Shown here piece after piece: positions 49,428 through 61,148 of a stretch of 64,000 nt of DNA. The notes under the pieces are model-generated. The model saw only the letters and a list, made by a program, of their open reading frames with translations. It was not told the DNA's origin and made no database searches. The DNA comes from Fistulifera solaris. Taxonomy: Eukaryota. Made by a program: the position numbers and the translations under genes. The DNA lies in assembly GCA_030295235.1 (NCBI GenBank), contig AP026148.1, forward strand, positions 434,001 to 498,000. Reading direction: 5' to 3'. The stretch's first letter is position 1, and every line of letters begins with the position of its first letter.

Positions 49428-50108
49428 ATGTCATACATAAATGCACATAATAATGTTCTCCGACGAGGACTGGGCGGAAAGCTATTGAAAGCGGCAAAGT
49501 GGCGATATCAAGGGGGAAGGCCCGCCGCTGAATTTCACACACACGTTCACAGTCTTCTCCTTCGACAAGATCCGAATAGACGCGACCAAGAGGAAAAATT
49601 CCGCATGCAAGCTCTGCCACAGCCACAGGCTGTTTCCATTGCATCGTTTCATTCAAGTAGCGCCAATGAGAAAGCTGTTGCAATTATTTTGGGATTAGGT
49701 GCCGTTTCCGCGGCGTCTTACGCAGCTGCGAGTGGAATTAAAGCCTACAATGAGTGGAAGGCATCTTTACCAGAAGAGCCACCAGAGATAGAAAAGGAGG
49801 AAACGAAGGAAGCACCAAAAAAAGAAATGGAAGAAGAACAAGAGAAAGGTGACAGAGAAAACATTTTTGCGAAATGGTTCGGGGCTAGTGTTGGTGCTAA
49901 GTATTACGAAGGAGGTTTCGAGGAAGAGATGACCCGTCGCGAAGCTGCTCTGATCCTCGGTGTCCGTGAATCTAGTTCCCCTGCTCGAATCAAGGAAGCT
50001 CATAGAAAGCTTCTTGTTTTGAATCATCCTGATACAGGTGGCTCGACCTACATTGCTGGAAAACTCAACGAAGCAAAGGAGCTACTATTGAAAGGCAAGC
50101 GAATGTAA
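49428..50108 (+). CDS. PAM18: Mitochondrial import motor J-protein PAM18/TIM14
   Basis: Presequence and TM, then YYEGGFEEEMTRREAALILGV...IKEAHRKLLVLNHPDTGGSTYIAGKLNEAKELL. Confidence 0.93.
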   Translation: MSYINAHNNVLRRGLGGKLLKAAKWRYQGGRPAAEFHTHVHSLLLRQDPNRRDQEEKFRMQALPQPQAVSIASFHSSSANEKAVAIILGLGAVSAASYAAASGIKAYNEWKASLPEEPPEIEKEETKEAPKKEMEEEQEKGDRENIFAKWFGASVGAKYYEGGFEEEMTRREAALILGVRESSSPARIKEAHRKLLVLNHPDTGGSTYIAGKLNEAKELLLKGKRM

Positions 50109-50786
50109 TTCTAGACTCTAGCGTAATGCGCTAGTATAGTGTCTTTCGTTAAAACCTTAGTTAACAGTTACTCCGTAACATCATCGATCGTCAAAGATTG
50201 GAGTCGTGGCGACGACTCGTCCCTCCCGCCTCCCACATTTCCCGCCGTTGTGTCGCGGTTTCTATTTTTTCAATTTCTATGGAACAAAACTGGGCCTGCG
50301 CGATGATCAACCGCTTTTAACCGCTAGCTGTACCAGGACCGTTCATGCACTCTTATCCGGTATAGTCACCAAGTAATGATGGTACCGGTACGGAGTTCGG
50401 AGAAATAATGTTTGATAGGGTTTTCCAGCTTACGTACACTTTTCGCTGTGGTCAATGGACGTTTCTGTTTTTCCGTCCTTGCCTTCAAATTCCAGAGATC
50501 GCATAACAAAACCATCATTATCATTGAATGTAAATGATTAATCCTAGTCATCCATCCATCTGTGTCGAATCTTTCTCTGTTGCGTTTTAAGCGTCTTTCA
50601 CGACGTTGTTGTATTTGTGAGTGTTAAGCTGATGGCATTAGCTGCCTCGGGCCGCCGCACTCATATGGGCTTCTCCGTGGTGTCGTCATTTTGCTGTACT
50701 GGGATCTCATCATTCTGTCATTTCCATCTTTTTTCTCTCTTTTCTTTTAAGTGAAATAATAAGCTCACAAACTAAGCCTGCTAAGT

Positions 50787-52285
50787 ATGGAGAGCGCTCG
50801 ATCTGCTGACGTCCCACGAAAACGGCCTCGTCGCGATGGAGCGAAACGCGCAAGGGCCGCATTGGTACGGCATTGTACTTGTTCTGCGGAAGAGTTTACA
50901 TATGTTTCTCTGACTTTATTCTTTCTTCGACAGGGAGATGTGTCGAACGCAAGCGATAATGCTCGAAACCGCCACAGCGATATGCCGATGAAAGTCCGCA
51001 GAAGCTCTCGGCTTGCTGGACTTGACGAACTGAAAATGGAGACTGACGGAATCTCTCATTTCCATGAAATTCTTTCCAATGAGTTAGCCAAAAATCCCAT
51101 TAAAGAACCTAAATTGAAACGGCGAAGAGTAGAGACACGCAGAAGCAACGTAAGCTCTATTTTCGGCGATGAGACTGACCACCACACGACAACCTTTGAT
51201 ATGAATGTTTCATCTCCTTTTGACTGTTCCAAGTACACCCTGGGATTTTCGCGGCACGACAAAAGCACGAAAGGAGATGTCCTTCAGGCTCCAGAGTACG
51301 TATGCGATATCTTTCAGCGCCTTTTCAAGATCGAGGTAAGCGACTCGTGAGCACTCTAGAAAATATACTCCTTGCGTATCAGCTCAATTATGACTGATTT
51401 TGTACATGGCAGTCCAAAGTGTTGGAAACTGCCTCCCGACTGGATCCTTCGATGGACAACCAAGCAGAACTCAACCCGACGATGCGTATGATCGTTATTG
51501 ACTGGCTAGTTGAGGTCCATGCAAAGTTTCGTCTCGATCCTGCCACCCTTCATCTTTGTGTTCATATCTTCGATCGATTCCTGTCTGTTCAACAAGTCAG
51601 TCGAGGCCGAGTTCAACTCGTTGCTGTTACATCACTTTTGCTCGCTTCCAAGTACGAAGACATATACCCGCCACAGATCAAAGATTGCGTTTATGTCACA
51701 GATAGGGCCTATAGTCGCGAAGACATCCTTGAAATGGAGAGCGAAATCTTGGCCAAGCTAAACTTCAAAATCTCCGAGCCCACCGGCTACCCCTTTCTTC
51801 GGCGTTTTCTGTTCATCTCAAAAGCCACTCCGCTGATGGAAACTGCGGCGCATTATTACATGGATAGAATGCTTCAAGAACCAGACTATTTGAAACATCG
51901 CCCGTCCCTCTTCGCTGCCTCAGCGGTTTGTTTAGCAATCAACAATGAAGATATCCGATCCAGTGATGGTCTTGAATGCAAGCCCGGAATAGTAAGGAAA
52001 TTCGCGCGTGTTTTCTTTGAACAAACCGACTACTCACTTTTTAACACCAAATCTTTGCAGCCTGTCTTGCTGTTGGAATATACTGGCTTTACAGCTGAAG
52101 AAATTATGGACGTCTCGAGCTTAATTGTCAAAAAACTTTCAAAATCGGTTGTCCTAGCTTCCAAACGGCAGTTGTATGCTGTCAAAGAAAAGTATTCACA
52201 CCCGGATTACATGAGCATCGCTGTTGACATTGACTCACCCGAAATCGCAAGCTTGAGCGACCGACAGGGAAAGAAGCGAAACTAA
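50787..52285 (+). CDS. Mitotic (A/B-type) cyclin
   Basis: Spliced D-box RAAL|GDVSN; EYVCDIF; cyclin box MRMIVIDWLVEVH.KF.L..TLHL.V...DRFLS, QLV.VT.LL.ASKYEDIYPP. Introns 50865-50933, about 51336-51412, and 51992-52060. Confidence 0.92.
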
Positions 52286-52859
52286 TAAGCACCGTAATAC
52301 CCGCTTTACTCTCACTACATGTGACTGACGAATGAAGAGAGGCTTTGCCCCAGACGAGTCTGTTGTTCTGTGACAACAGTAGCAAGCATCGTAGATTCAT
52401 TATACAAACTTTCATACCTAGAGCGGCCTAACTTGTATTGTATCATATCGAGATTTAGTAGTATACATTAGTTTTAAAGTATTTAAAAAATTTAGTCGAG
52501 CTATCTTGAGCTTCGCTCATTGATCTTGAGGGAAGCTATGCCTGCACGTGCGTACCATAATGCGATAACGATGCGACGATGGTGGCGAATTCCTAGGATG
52601 CGAGGCGAAAACAAGACTCCTCAACGTTCACGACTCGCGAAGTCCGACGTGAAAAATTGCTATGGGAGTGGAGCTCTGTCACAATCGGATGGAAAGGGAA
52701 TAATTACTACGTACGGAGTACATTATAATTTTGATTGAGGATGGCGAGAGTTGTTCATTGCATGTAAATACACTCATTTATAAATCTGTTTTTAAATTGA
52801 AATCAGTGCTACTTGTTCTGGTCTTTCTTTTCCAGATTAACCAAAAATTGTGTACGAGG

Positions 52860-55571
52860 ATGTCAAATAAGACTCCTCAGCATGTGCCGGCTTTTTCAAT
52901 CCGACCACCGTTAACAGCAGGCGACAGGGGCGAGCCTTCCAAGTCTATTTTAAAAGATGTTGAGCGAATCTTTGCCTTGATAGAAGATGAGAGACATTTG
53001 ATTGCCCATCGTCTTTACGAAAGCGTTCAACGTCGTATTCATCGAGTGCAGGATCAATTGCCAGTGAAGAAGAAAAGCCGTGGAAAGTTCAAAGGCTTCC
53101 TCAGAAAAGAAAACGCAGCTCTTACTAAAGAGCAAGAGGAACTAGAACTTGCTAAAAATATATTGAAAGAAAAGGAGAGTGCGCTTCATAAACTGGAGGT
53201 AGGTTTGCGTACTGTGGTTGGCCAAGCCATTGTGCTGAACTCACAGACAAAGAAACTTGACCATTTGTGATAGAATGTTAGCAGAATCTTTTATGGCGCG
53301 CTCAAAAATTTAAACACAGACGAAGACTGGACATTTGCGTCATTGCATTTTGGGATAACAACTTACTATCGCCGCGAGGGAGGACGGAAGTTTGAGTGTC
53401 AAACTTGAGGGGGGAGCTCACGGGCGTTCCACTTTTCGAACAGATTGCTGTGCTACGGGCTGGGGATTTACATTATAAATGGGTACCATTTTGTTCGTCG
53501 TCAATGATAATAGCTCAGTTGGGAAAGCTTGACATTATAAACTGGTTTATGATCGGAATCCCTCAATTCGGACTGGCGAGAGATGGTTGCTATCGAGCCA
53601 TTGGTTGCGACAACATGTCTGAAGATGGTAGTATTATCATCGCTGGACAAGGTATTAACGACGTAATGCCAGGGGATCATCCTCCCAAAGATCCCTTTCT
53701 TTCCAATGATCCTGCTGTTTCTGCACTCAACATCCCTCCGGCACCGACAAAAGGGGCAACGGTCGAATGACCATTCGAAAGTTTGAAACTGTTGTAAACA
53801 TTACGTCACCCACTTCAGCCAAGACCAGAATAGTGGCCAACTTGAACCCAAATATTGCTTTTCTCTCTCAAGGGATCATCGATTTTGCGTTGAAACATCT
53901 TGCTGGGGTCGTATTAGCCAAGCTCCAGTCCGCAGCGAAAAAGGTCGTGAAGAACCCAGCCACAAACCATCATGCTCAACAAATGCGCGAAGAGCCCGAC
54001 TTTTATCAGACATGGTTAATGGCAAAATTTAAAGCTTTTTGTGATGAGAAAGGATGGGAAATGCCGAGGGTGTCTGCGTTTACCGTAAATGAAGAGCAGC
54101 TGGCACACAACCGCAGGTATACAGACCGCAAAACAAGAAAGCTAAATACGTTTGGTGGGCATGATAGCTTCGTTTCGGATAGAGTTGATCAAGCTTCGGT
54201 ACAAAGCGCTTGCAATATGAAAGCAGAAAAGAGCGACGACTCAGTTTCGGAGATCACCGCGAAAACCAGCGTGTCGATGTGGCAAAACAATCCAGTCTCC
54301 AACTACATGCAAGCTGTCAAGGTTCGCAAAACGCAAGAAAAAGAATCCAAAATCGCGCAGGTTCGGCAACGCGTGACGGATATGATGAAGCCCAAGATGC
54401 TATCGTTTGAGCAGCAAGATCGTCTTGAGGAGCTTCGTCTTGCCAAACAGCGGAGAATGGAGGGGATGGGCCTTTTTCGCGCGATAACTCGGCAGCTACA
54501 GGTACAGCTCCAGGTGCTGCATCGAGTACTTCACTAAGTGTATCACAGCATCATCCTTTCAGAAAGAAAATCAATTTACAGCTATACGAGCATGGGAAGT
54601 GGACTAGGATCTCTGTTATGACAGTATTCATCGCTCTACTATTCGTCTTGTTGCACCCTTCATTGCTGGCGATCACCTTTTTAGATGATTCGCTTTCGCG
54701 AGGAGGACATGAAACGACGAGCGAATGGACACGAGACTTTTATACGATTTTGTATATCGCTCTATGCACACTCTTGCATTGTTGCCTCTGTGACGTATGC
54801 CTCGTCTACACGTTCTCTTCGCTCGAACTTGGCAGTAAAACTGGTCAGCAAATACGTAGCTTCTATGGGACAAATGTGAGAATTGGTGCTCTTGTCTTGT
54901 CTGTCGGTATAGCTGTTTTTAGTGTGGTGAAGGCGTCACTGCGGGCTCTATTGTTTATCTCTTTCCGGACAGCAACACAGCTACCATCGTTGGCGCAAAC
55001 CACAGCGAGATCGAGTCTTAATAAAATCGAAATTTTCTTATCCGGGACCGACAGGGAGGTTGCTGGTTTCGCACTGCTGATGCTTCGCTGGCTTCGACGT
55101 ACTTTAAGTTTCTCGTGGGAACGATTTGATGCGTTTCTTGTCCGTATCCCCATCTCTGACGCTAAGCTCGGCCTTCTGGGTGAGATCGTTGAAACAATAC
55201 ACGACACTGCCTTGTATCCTTTTACAGTCGCTGCTAGATTTCTTTCATACGGCTCGATGAATAATAGGAGCTGGAATATGCACATGGGTTGGAGGCATAA
55301 TATATTTTCGACAGCAAAGGATCTATTCTCGTATTCAGCAGTTTTCCTAGTTACGGTGGTTCTTTTGTTCCTTTTGACTGCCCCGAGAACGAGGCAGGGT
55401 GGATCCTGTAAAGTGCTTTCAATAGATAAGGACGCAAATGCACTGGAAGGAAGTCAGGTACTGGTCACTGCCAGTGACTCGGGTAGCTCAGGAATTATCA
55501 AGGTGAACCAACTGAATTCTGTTCCTAGTTCAGTCGGGGTGTTTGAGAATGAAGGAGAAGGTCGCCAATGA
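52860..55571 (+). CDS. START-like lipid-binding domain protein with C-terminal TM segments (intron plus frameshifts)
   Basis: After a coil: DWTFASLHFGITTYYRRE.DGSL.VKL.GEL.GVPLFEQIAVLR..DL..KW.PFC..S, F.LARDGCYRAIGCD, TRIVANLNP; hydrophobic C-terminal ORF 54618-55571. Confidence 0.65.
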
Positions 55572-55698
55572 AACAGTTAACCTAAGGCTTTCTGATTTAG
55601 GAGATTAGTTTGAAATCATTATGGTTTAAGACATCACTTGCACACTTCAGCTAGTTCCGTCGAATAAAAGTGGCTACCGGTACCGTACGGCTAGTGTA

Positions 55699-55784
55699 GG
55701 AAACGGCGTTAAAATTCTGCCTCTTCGTAGACGCTAGGTAGAATTATGTACTGGAGGCAGAATTTTAACGTCCTTTCCTGGTAC
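55699..55784. repeat. Inverted-repeat (hairpin) element, copy 2, reverse orientation relative to 6892-6983
   Basis: GGAAACGGCGTTAAAATTCTGCCTC-(30 nt)-GAGGCAGAATTTTAACGTCCTTTCCTGGTAC; the loop also aligns with the reverse complement of copy 1. Confidence 0.9.
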
Positions 55785-56093
55785 TGGGCGGTACCCGTAC
55801 CGGTACCGGTACGGTACCTTGTAATTCTAAGGTACGTAGTACTTGTCGGGATTTTTCCGTTGATAGCCAACTTCAATACCGCTAAGACTTGATACCGACT
55901 ATCCTTTATCTGGACGCCGAGAGCCACTGTTTTTCCCTTTCTCTTCCCGAACCGAAACTTCCGGAGCCTTCTGTTTCTCCTCTGCCTGACCATTTTGTTC
56001 CTCTTTCGTTCGGCTTTTCGTGTCTTATTCTGCAATACCTTCTGTTGTCACTTACTACGTATTTCGCAACTGAATAACTTAAGGAGTCGCACA

Positions 56094-57270
56094 ATGTTTT
56101 TAAGGCGATACCTCTTCCTGTTATGTGGCTGCTTGACGATCGTTCCGACGAGCGCGTTTGTTGGGTTTTCTTCCAGTCATCGACCGATGGTTTTTCTTCA
56201 GAGCACTCCAGGACGTAACGAAAACGAATGGGGGATACCTTACAGCGAAGACTTGCCTCCATTGGCTGACAATCGTATGCCGGTTGCGAGTCAACTACCA
56301 AACGGAGGTCAAGTAACACTCTTGGGAAGTAAGTATAGCAGGGAAGAGGGATGATGGTTACTGTAGAATCGGCATGTTGTCTGTTATTTCTATATCGGCA
56401 ACTTCTCATAGAAAATATTGACTTCTCCTTTTACAGGTGGCCCTGGCGATCCCGACTTGCTGACTGTGGCCGCTTTTAAGTTGCTGACGAAAAAAGACCC
56501 GAATACCTTAGTAATCGTAGATAGGTTAGTCTCCCAAGAAATTCTGGACTTGATTCCCAATGAAATAAAAATTGCGAGGAAGCTTCCGGGTTGTGCCGAT
56601 CTCGCTCAGGAAGAAATTTATTGGTGGGCTTATCAAGCGTTGAATAAAGGAAAGCACGTGATTCGTCTGAAGATTGGAGATCCGTTTGTGTTCGGTCGTG
56701 GAGGAGAAGAAGTCTTGAAGTTTCGGTGTTTTGGTGTCGAGGCTAAAGTCGTTCCGGTAAGTATTCTAGCACAGTCGTTAACAACAACCACAAGGCACGG
56801 CAATTCTCACATTCGAATGAATATGATAGGGAGTTTCAGCTGCCTTTTCCGCGCCCCTTTTGGGGATGATCCCTGTGACTCACCGAGGTTATGCCAACCA
56901 AGTGGTGATGTGCACTGGATACGGCCGTGACAATAGCTCTCCTGATTTGATACAGTATCATAAGGAACAGACGGTTGTATTTCTCATGGCGGTGGGGCGG
57001 TTGCAGCAGCTTTGCACGAGTCTGATCGAAAAAGCCAACTATCCACCGAGCACTCCCGTAGCGATTATTGAAAAAGCCGGCTGCCCCGACCAAAGAACCG
57101 TTGTCGGCGACATGACAAACATCGCCGATATTGCCGAGCAACACAAAATAAAACCACCAAGTACGATAGTGGTCGGCGAAGTAGTGCATGCATTGCTGGA
57201 TAATGGACAGATGGACGGCAAACGCATTTCGGGATTGATACAAAGTGCTCTCAAAAATTCTTTGAATTGA
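56094..57270 (+). CDS. UPM1: Uroporphyrinogen-III C-methyltransferase (SUMT), plastid-targeted
   Basis: TSA-F presequence; VTLLG.GPGDPDLLTV.A, DRLVS, V.RLKIGDPFVFGRGGEE, VVP|GVSAA, IPVTHRG, VFLMAV, TPVAIIE, PPSTIVVGEVV. Introns about 56328-56436 and 56757-56829. Confidence 0.93.
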
Positions 57271-57570
57271 AACAGGCTGAGAAACGATTTTAGGACGATG
57301 GGGTGAATTCGTGTGGTAGTTCGGAGCGATCTTCTGAGTTGCGGCGTCTCTTTATTGGATAAGAATACCTCTCGCTCTTACGGATTCGATAAGAACCTGT
57401 TGATTGTGGCTGGAAAAGAACGTTTCCGTCCTGTGTTCTTTGTACAACTCCCGATTTTGAATGAAAGACTGTACCATGATCCGCACCAAACCGTGGTTAA
57501 TGTATAAATATCCAGTTTGTGAAAAAAAAGATTCTTGTAAACCAAGTAAGCGATGTTTGCGTTAGCTAGA

Positions 57571-57955
57571 CTATTTAATCTCCAATCCTTTCTCTTTAAG
57601 CGATTTCAAAGTTGGTTCGGGAGGAACTTTACCAGTGCAGGCACGAACCATACGACCGGCAAGATTGATTTGACAAGTGGCACAGTCGCCTCTGCGGAAA
57701 GTCGGTGAGGGGGGACGCATTACAGAACTTTTGATGAGAATCCTAGCACTCACTTTTTACACGAATATTTGACGGGAACCCCCAAGCTCGCACAAGCTTT
57801 TGAAAGAGGACTTCCGGGTGGAAAATCTTTCTTTTACCCCGAAATGTCAGTGTTGTCATGTGCAGCGACGAGGTGGAAGTAGCCGATGGTTGTGTGAGCA
57901 CAACAAAGGACGAGACCGAGGCCAAGAGCGTCAGTAACAACACCAGGAACTTCAT
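57571..57955 (-). CDS. Small plastid 2Fe-2S ferredoxin-like protein (intron plus frameshift)
   Basis: MKFLVLLLTLLASVSS-FVV presequence; reconstructed GSPLSKACASLGVPVKYSCKK|GDCATCQI.....VRAC gives the C-x4-C-x2-C...C pattern. Confidence 0.75.
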
Positions 57956-58176
57956 TTTGCACGTGGGTTAAAATGAAACTGATAGGGGATTGAAAGAATT
58001 AAAAATGAAGTATTCCTACTTCGTCTTCGTTCGTGTACAGATGAATATTGATTTTTTCTGTTGCGATTTGCGATTGAGATGATGATGTGGACGATGGAGT
58101 TTTTCGGTTGTTTCACAAACTTGCGTACTTTTCTACTGTACATGTACGTAGTTTTTATACTCCACAAGACGAGAAA

Positions 58177-58370
58177 GGTAAGAAATGCGTGAAGACGGAC
58201 GAAGGTCAGCTTGTTGCATCCGTTCTCACTTGTAAGCTTGTAAGTTGTATGTACATTCTGAATTCCAAATTCCTCTCGCACTGGTAAGAAATGCGTGAAG
58301 ACGGACGAAGGTCAGCTTGTTGCATCCGTTCTCACTTGTAAGTTGTATGTACATTCTGAATTCCAAATTC
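58177..58370. repeat. Near-perfect tandem duplication (96 and 88 bp) in the divergent promoter between the ferredoxin-like gene and atpC
   Basis: 58177-58272 and 58283-58370 are identical except for an extra CTTGTAAG in copy 1. Confidence 0.95.
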
Positions 58371-58660
58371 TCCTGAACTTTTCAGTGCGAGAAACCAGAG
58401 CGCGTACAAAGTGCCAGGTACTTTGTATGCAGCGCACGATAATTCCCGATTGAAGTTCAAACATGACTGAAATTTCATCGACAACGGCGGGTAGACTACG
58501 TAAAAATCGCGTACGTCACCGCATATCTTTTCTCACACGTGAGCGGCCAACGTGCGAACGCAAACAAGGCCGCCGCACGCATCGTCCGGCCCATCGCCCA
58601 GCAGCAAAACCGTCTCTCACCATTGATTACCACGGCAACACAAACTAATCAATATCGACC

Positions 58661-60014
58661 ATGAGATTCCTTGTCACGGCCGCTCTTCTTGCAGTTGTAT
58701 CTGCTTTCACAACTCAACAACCTGGTTTGGCGCACCGCACGCGTCAAGCGACCGTCGTTTTTGACGGTAAAGCCAATGGTGAGTTTCGTTCGTAGCGTGT
58801 ACTAGTAGTGGCAGAGAGCGCAAAAAATAATGACCTTTGAGGTGAATAATACACAATATACTGGTGAAGAAATATAATGAAAAGCAAAGAGATTAGGGTA
58901 TTTTGAAGAATGAATAAGTGATGACGATGAAAGCTGATCATGCACTTTGACCGTTACGTGAGGCATTCTCGTTAGAGATCGATTGAAGTGCCGTTCCATT
59001 CACGATCCTTGGGAATCAACATTCAAATTCCGAACCTTTTTTTTCAAAGATCTCTCACACTCTTCATTTCTGTTCTCCTCCAGCTATCCGCGACCGTATC
59101 AAGAATGTAAAGAACACGGGAAAGATCACCAAGGCCATGAAACTGGTAGCGGCGGCCAAAGTACGACGTGCGCAAGACGCTGTCTTGGCCACCCGTCCTT
59201 TCTCGGAGACTCTTCAATCGGTGTTTGGCGGTTTGATTCAGCGACTTGACGGAGAAGCTGTCGATCTTCCTCTTTTGACGCAGCGTGAAGTCAAAAAGTC
59301 ACTCTCACAGTCATTACTGGTGATCGTGGTCTGTGCGGTGGATACAACTCCTTCATGATCAAGAAAGCCGAAGCTCGTTTCGCGCAACTCAAGAAAAGTG
59401 GAGTCGATGTCGATATGGTATTGGTGGGGAACAAAGGTATTAAGTACTTTCAGCGACGCAACTACCCCATCCGAAAGACCTTTCAGACCGGCCAGAACCC
59501 CAGCGCCAAGCAGGCCCTGGCTATCTCCGATGAGTTGTTGAACACTTTCCTTTCGGGCGAAAGTGATGCCGTGGAGCTTTTTTACACCAAATTCGAGTCG
59601 CTCATTTCGTCCTCGCCCAGTGTGCGTACTTTGGTGCCCTTCTCGGCCAGTGACATCACCCAGAAGGCCGACGAGGTTTTCCAGCTTACGTCGGACCACG
59701 GTGCCTTTGGTGTCACCCGTGAGGAATTGGATGTTGCCGCTCCCCAGGAGTTCCCCAACGACATGATCTTCGAGCAAGACCCTCTCCAGATTGTCAACTC
59801 CATCCTTCCCCTGTACTTGAACGGCCAGATCCTCCGTTGTTTGCAGGAATCCGTCGCTTCTGAGCTGGCGGCCCGTATGCAGTCCATGCAGAGTGCCAGT
59901 GACAACGCTTCGCAGCTGGCCAAGTCGTTGACTCTCGAGTACAACCGTGCTCGTCAGGCGGCTGTAACACAAGAGATTTTGGAGATTGTTTCCGGCGCTA
60001 GTGCACTTGAGTAA
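58661..60014 (+). CDS. atpC: Chloroplast ATP synthase gamma subunit
   Basis: [18 protein letters not shown] presequence; intron 58779-59083; [41 protein letters not shown] (after a missing A near 59295), [30 protein letters not shown]. Confidence 0.97.
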
Positions 60015-60069
60015 AAAGTGATGAGTAAAGTATAAGCAAAAAAATCTTATGGTGTATTTTGACGAAAAG

Positions 60070-60880
60070 TCATTGTTTCTGGTTGCTGGGTCTTTGTAGA
60101 TAACGAATAGATTGGGTGTCAAAATCGACGAGATACCCTTCCGCTTCATGAGTCGAAGTCGAGAGCGCGACTTGAAACGAGTCGTCCTCGGAATCGAAGC
60201 CAGCGGCTTGTGCTAGACCCACCACCGCACTCGGAAGATAAATAGCATGTCCCACAATCCACAGAGTACAATCCTCAGACGATTTTGTCTCTTTCAGATG
60301 GTTTACTATAGCGGTAGTGGTCTCGCGGGCATACGCTCCCAACAGTTGATGCATCAACTCACGCTCTTGTTGATTTTCGTTTTCCAAATAGTCCAAGAGT
60401 GGAGCATAACCAATTTTACGAAAAATGGCACTTCCACCCGGTTGCATCGTTCCATCATAAAGAGATTGTATTGGAAGTAAGGAGGCTGTAGGACAAAGAG
60501 TCGGGCCGTTTCCATCGTGCGCGGAGCGGGTGAAACGAGCAAAAAGGGATGAAACGGTTCGAGTTCTTTTCCAAAGGATTGACCGGCTTCAATTGCCTGT
60601 TGACGACCAATCTCACTCAGCGGACGCTCCCAGTCAATACTGGAAGGTAACGTGTTGCCGTGTCGAAGAAAGCCGATGCGTCTCACACCCACCGTGGCAT
60701 CCTTGAAAGCTGGAATAGGGGCGACCCAATCCTGAAAGCCGCGGCAGGATGACGCGAGTTGGATGAATACAGAAGCGAACCGCGCCGATCCTTTTTCATT
60801 CGAAGCATGGGTTAATGATGAAGGAACGATAACTGAAATAATAATCATGAGGTATTTGATCAATAATATGAAAGCTTCAT
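60070..60880 (-). CDS. Histidine phosphatase superfamily protein (SixA/PGAM-like), frameshifted
   Basis: FLRHGNT, RPLSEIGRQQA, LVSPAPRTMETA, WIVGH; ORFs 60354-60923 and 60070-60447. Start uncertain. Confidence 0.75.
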
Positions 60881-61148
60881 CGCGCAAAAGAAAAAGATCG
60901 GAGTGAACGAGGGTGTGAGTCACGGGTCAACCAGTCACGGGTCGCTCTATTTTTTTTATTGCGCGTCGACCGGACGGGACGCACGATGAAACGCGAATCT
61001 GTGCATTTTTGCATTATTTTTCGTCAAGGCTATTACAAAGCTACCTTTCCTCTGACAGATCTTATTCTATGCTCAGCGGGGTTATTTCTAGTGTATCGCT
61101 CTCAACAACCGAAGGCGCTGCTCCTTTCAAAATTCCTCCCTTTTCCTC

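Noticed and set aside
58177..58370. Direct repeats here and at 20.4 kb and 45.2 kb as CRISPR arrays or LTRs
   Set aside because: Only two adjacent units each, no unique spacers of regular length, no cas or gag/pol genes, eukaryotic context.
59620..59760. atpC lacks the redox-regulatory cysteine pair while a thioredoxin f is in the window
   Set aside because: Absence of that insert is the known state outside the green lineage; the genes are 30 kb apart.
59238..60149. 303-aa antisense ORF over atpC, and similar shadow ORFs over NSF, HAS1 and the 36-37 kb gene
   Set aside because: Antisense open frames are expected from strong codon bias; no recognisable motifs.
867..60880. Programmed ribosomal frameshifting or mass pseudogenisation as the cause of split ORFs
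   Set aside because: Breaks have no common slippery motif, go in both directions, sit in homopolymers and hit essential genes whose sequences are otherwise intact; sequencing error is far more likely.
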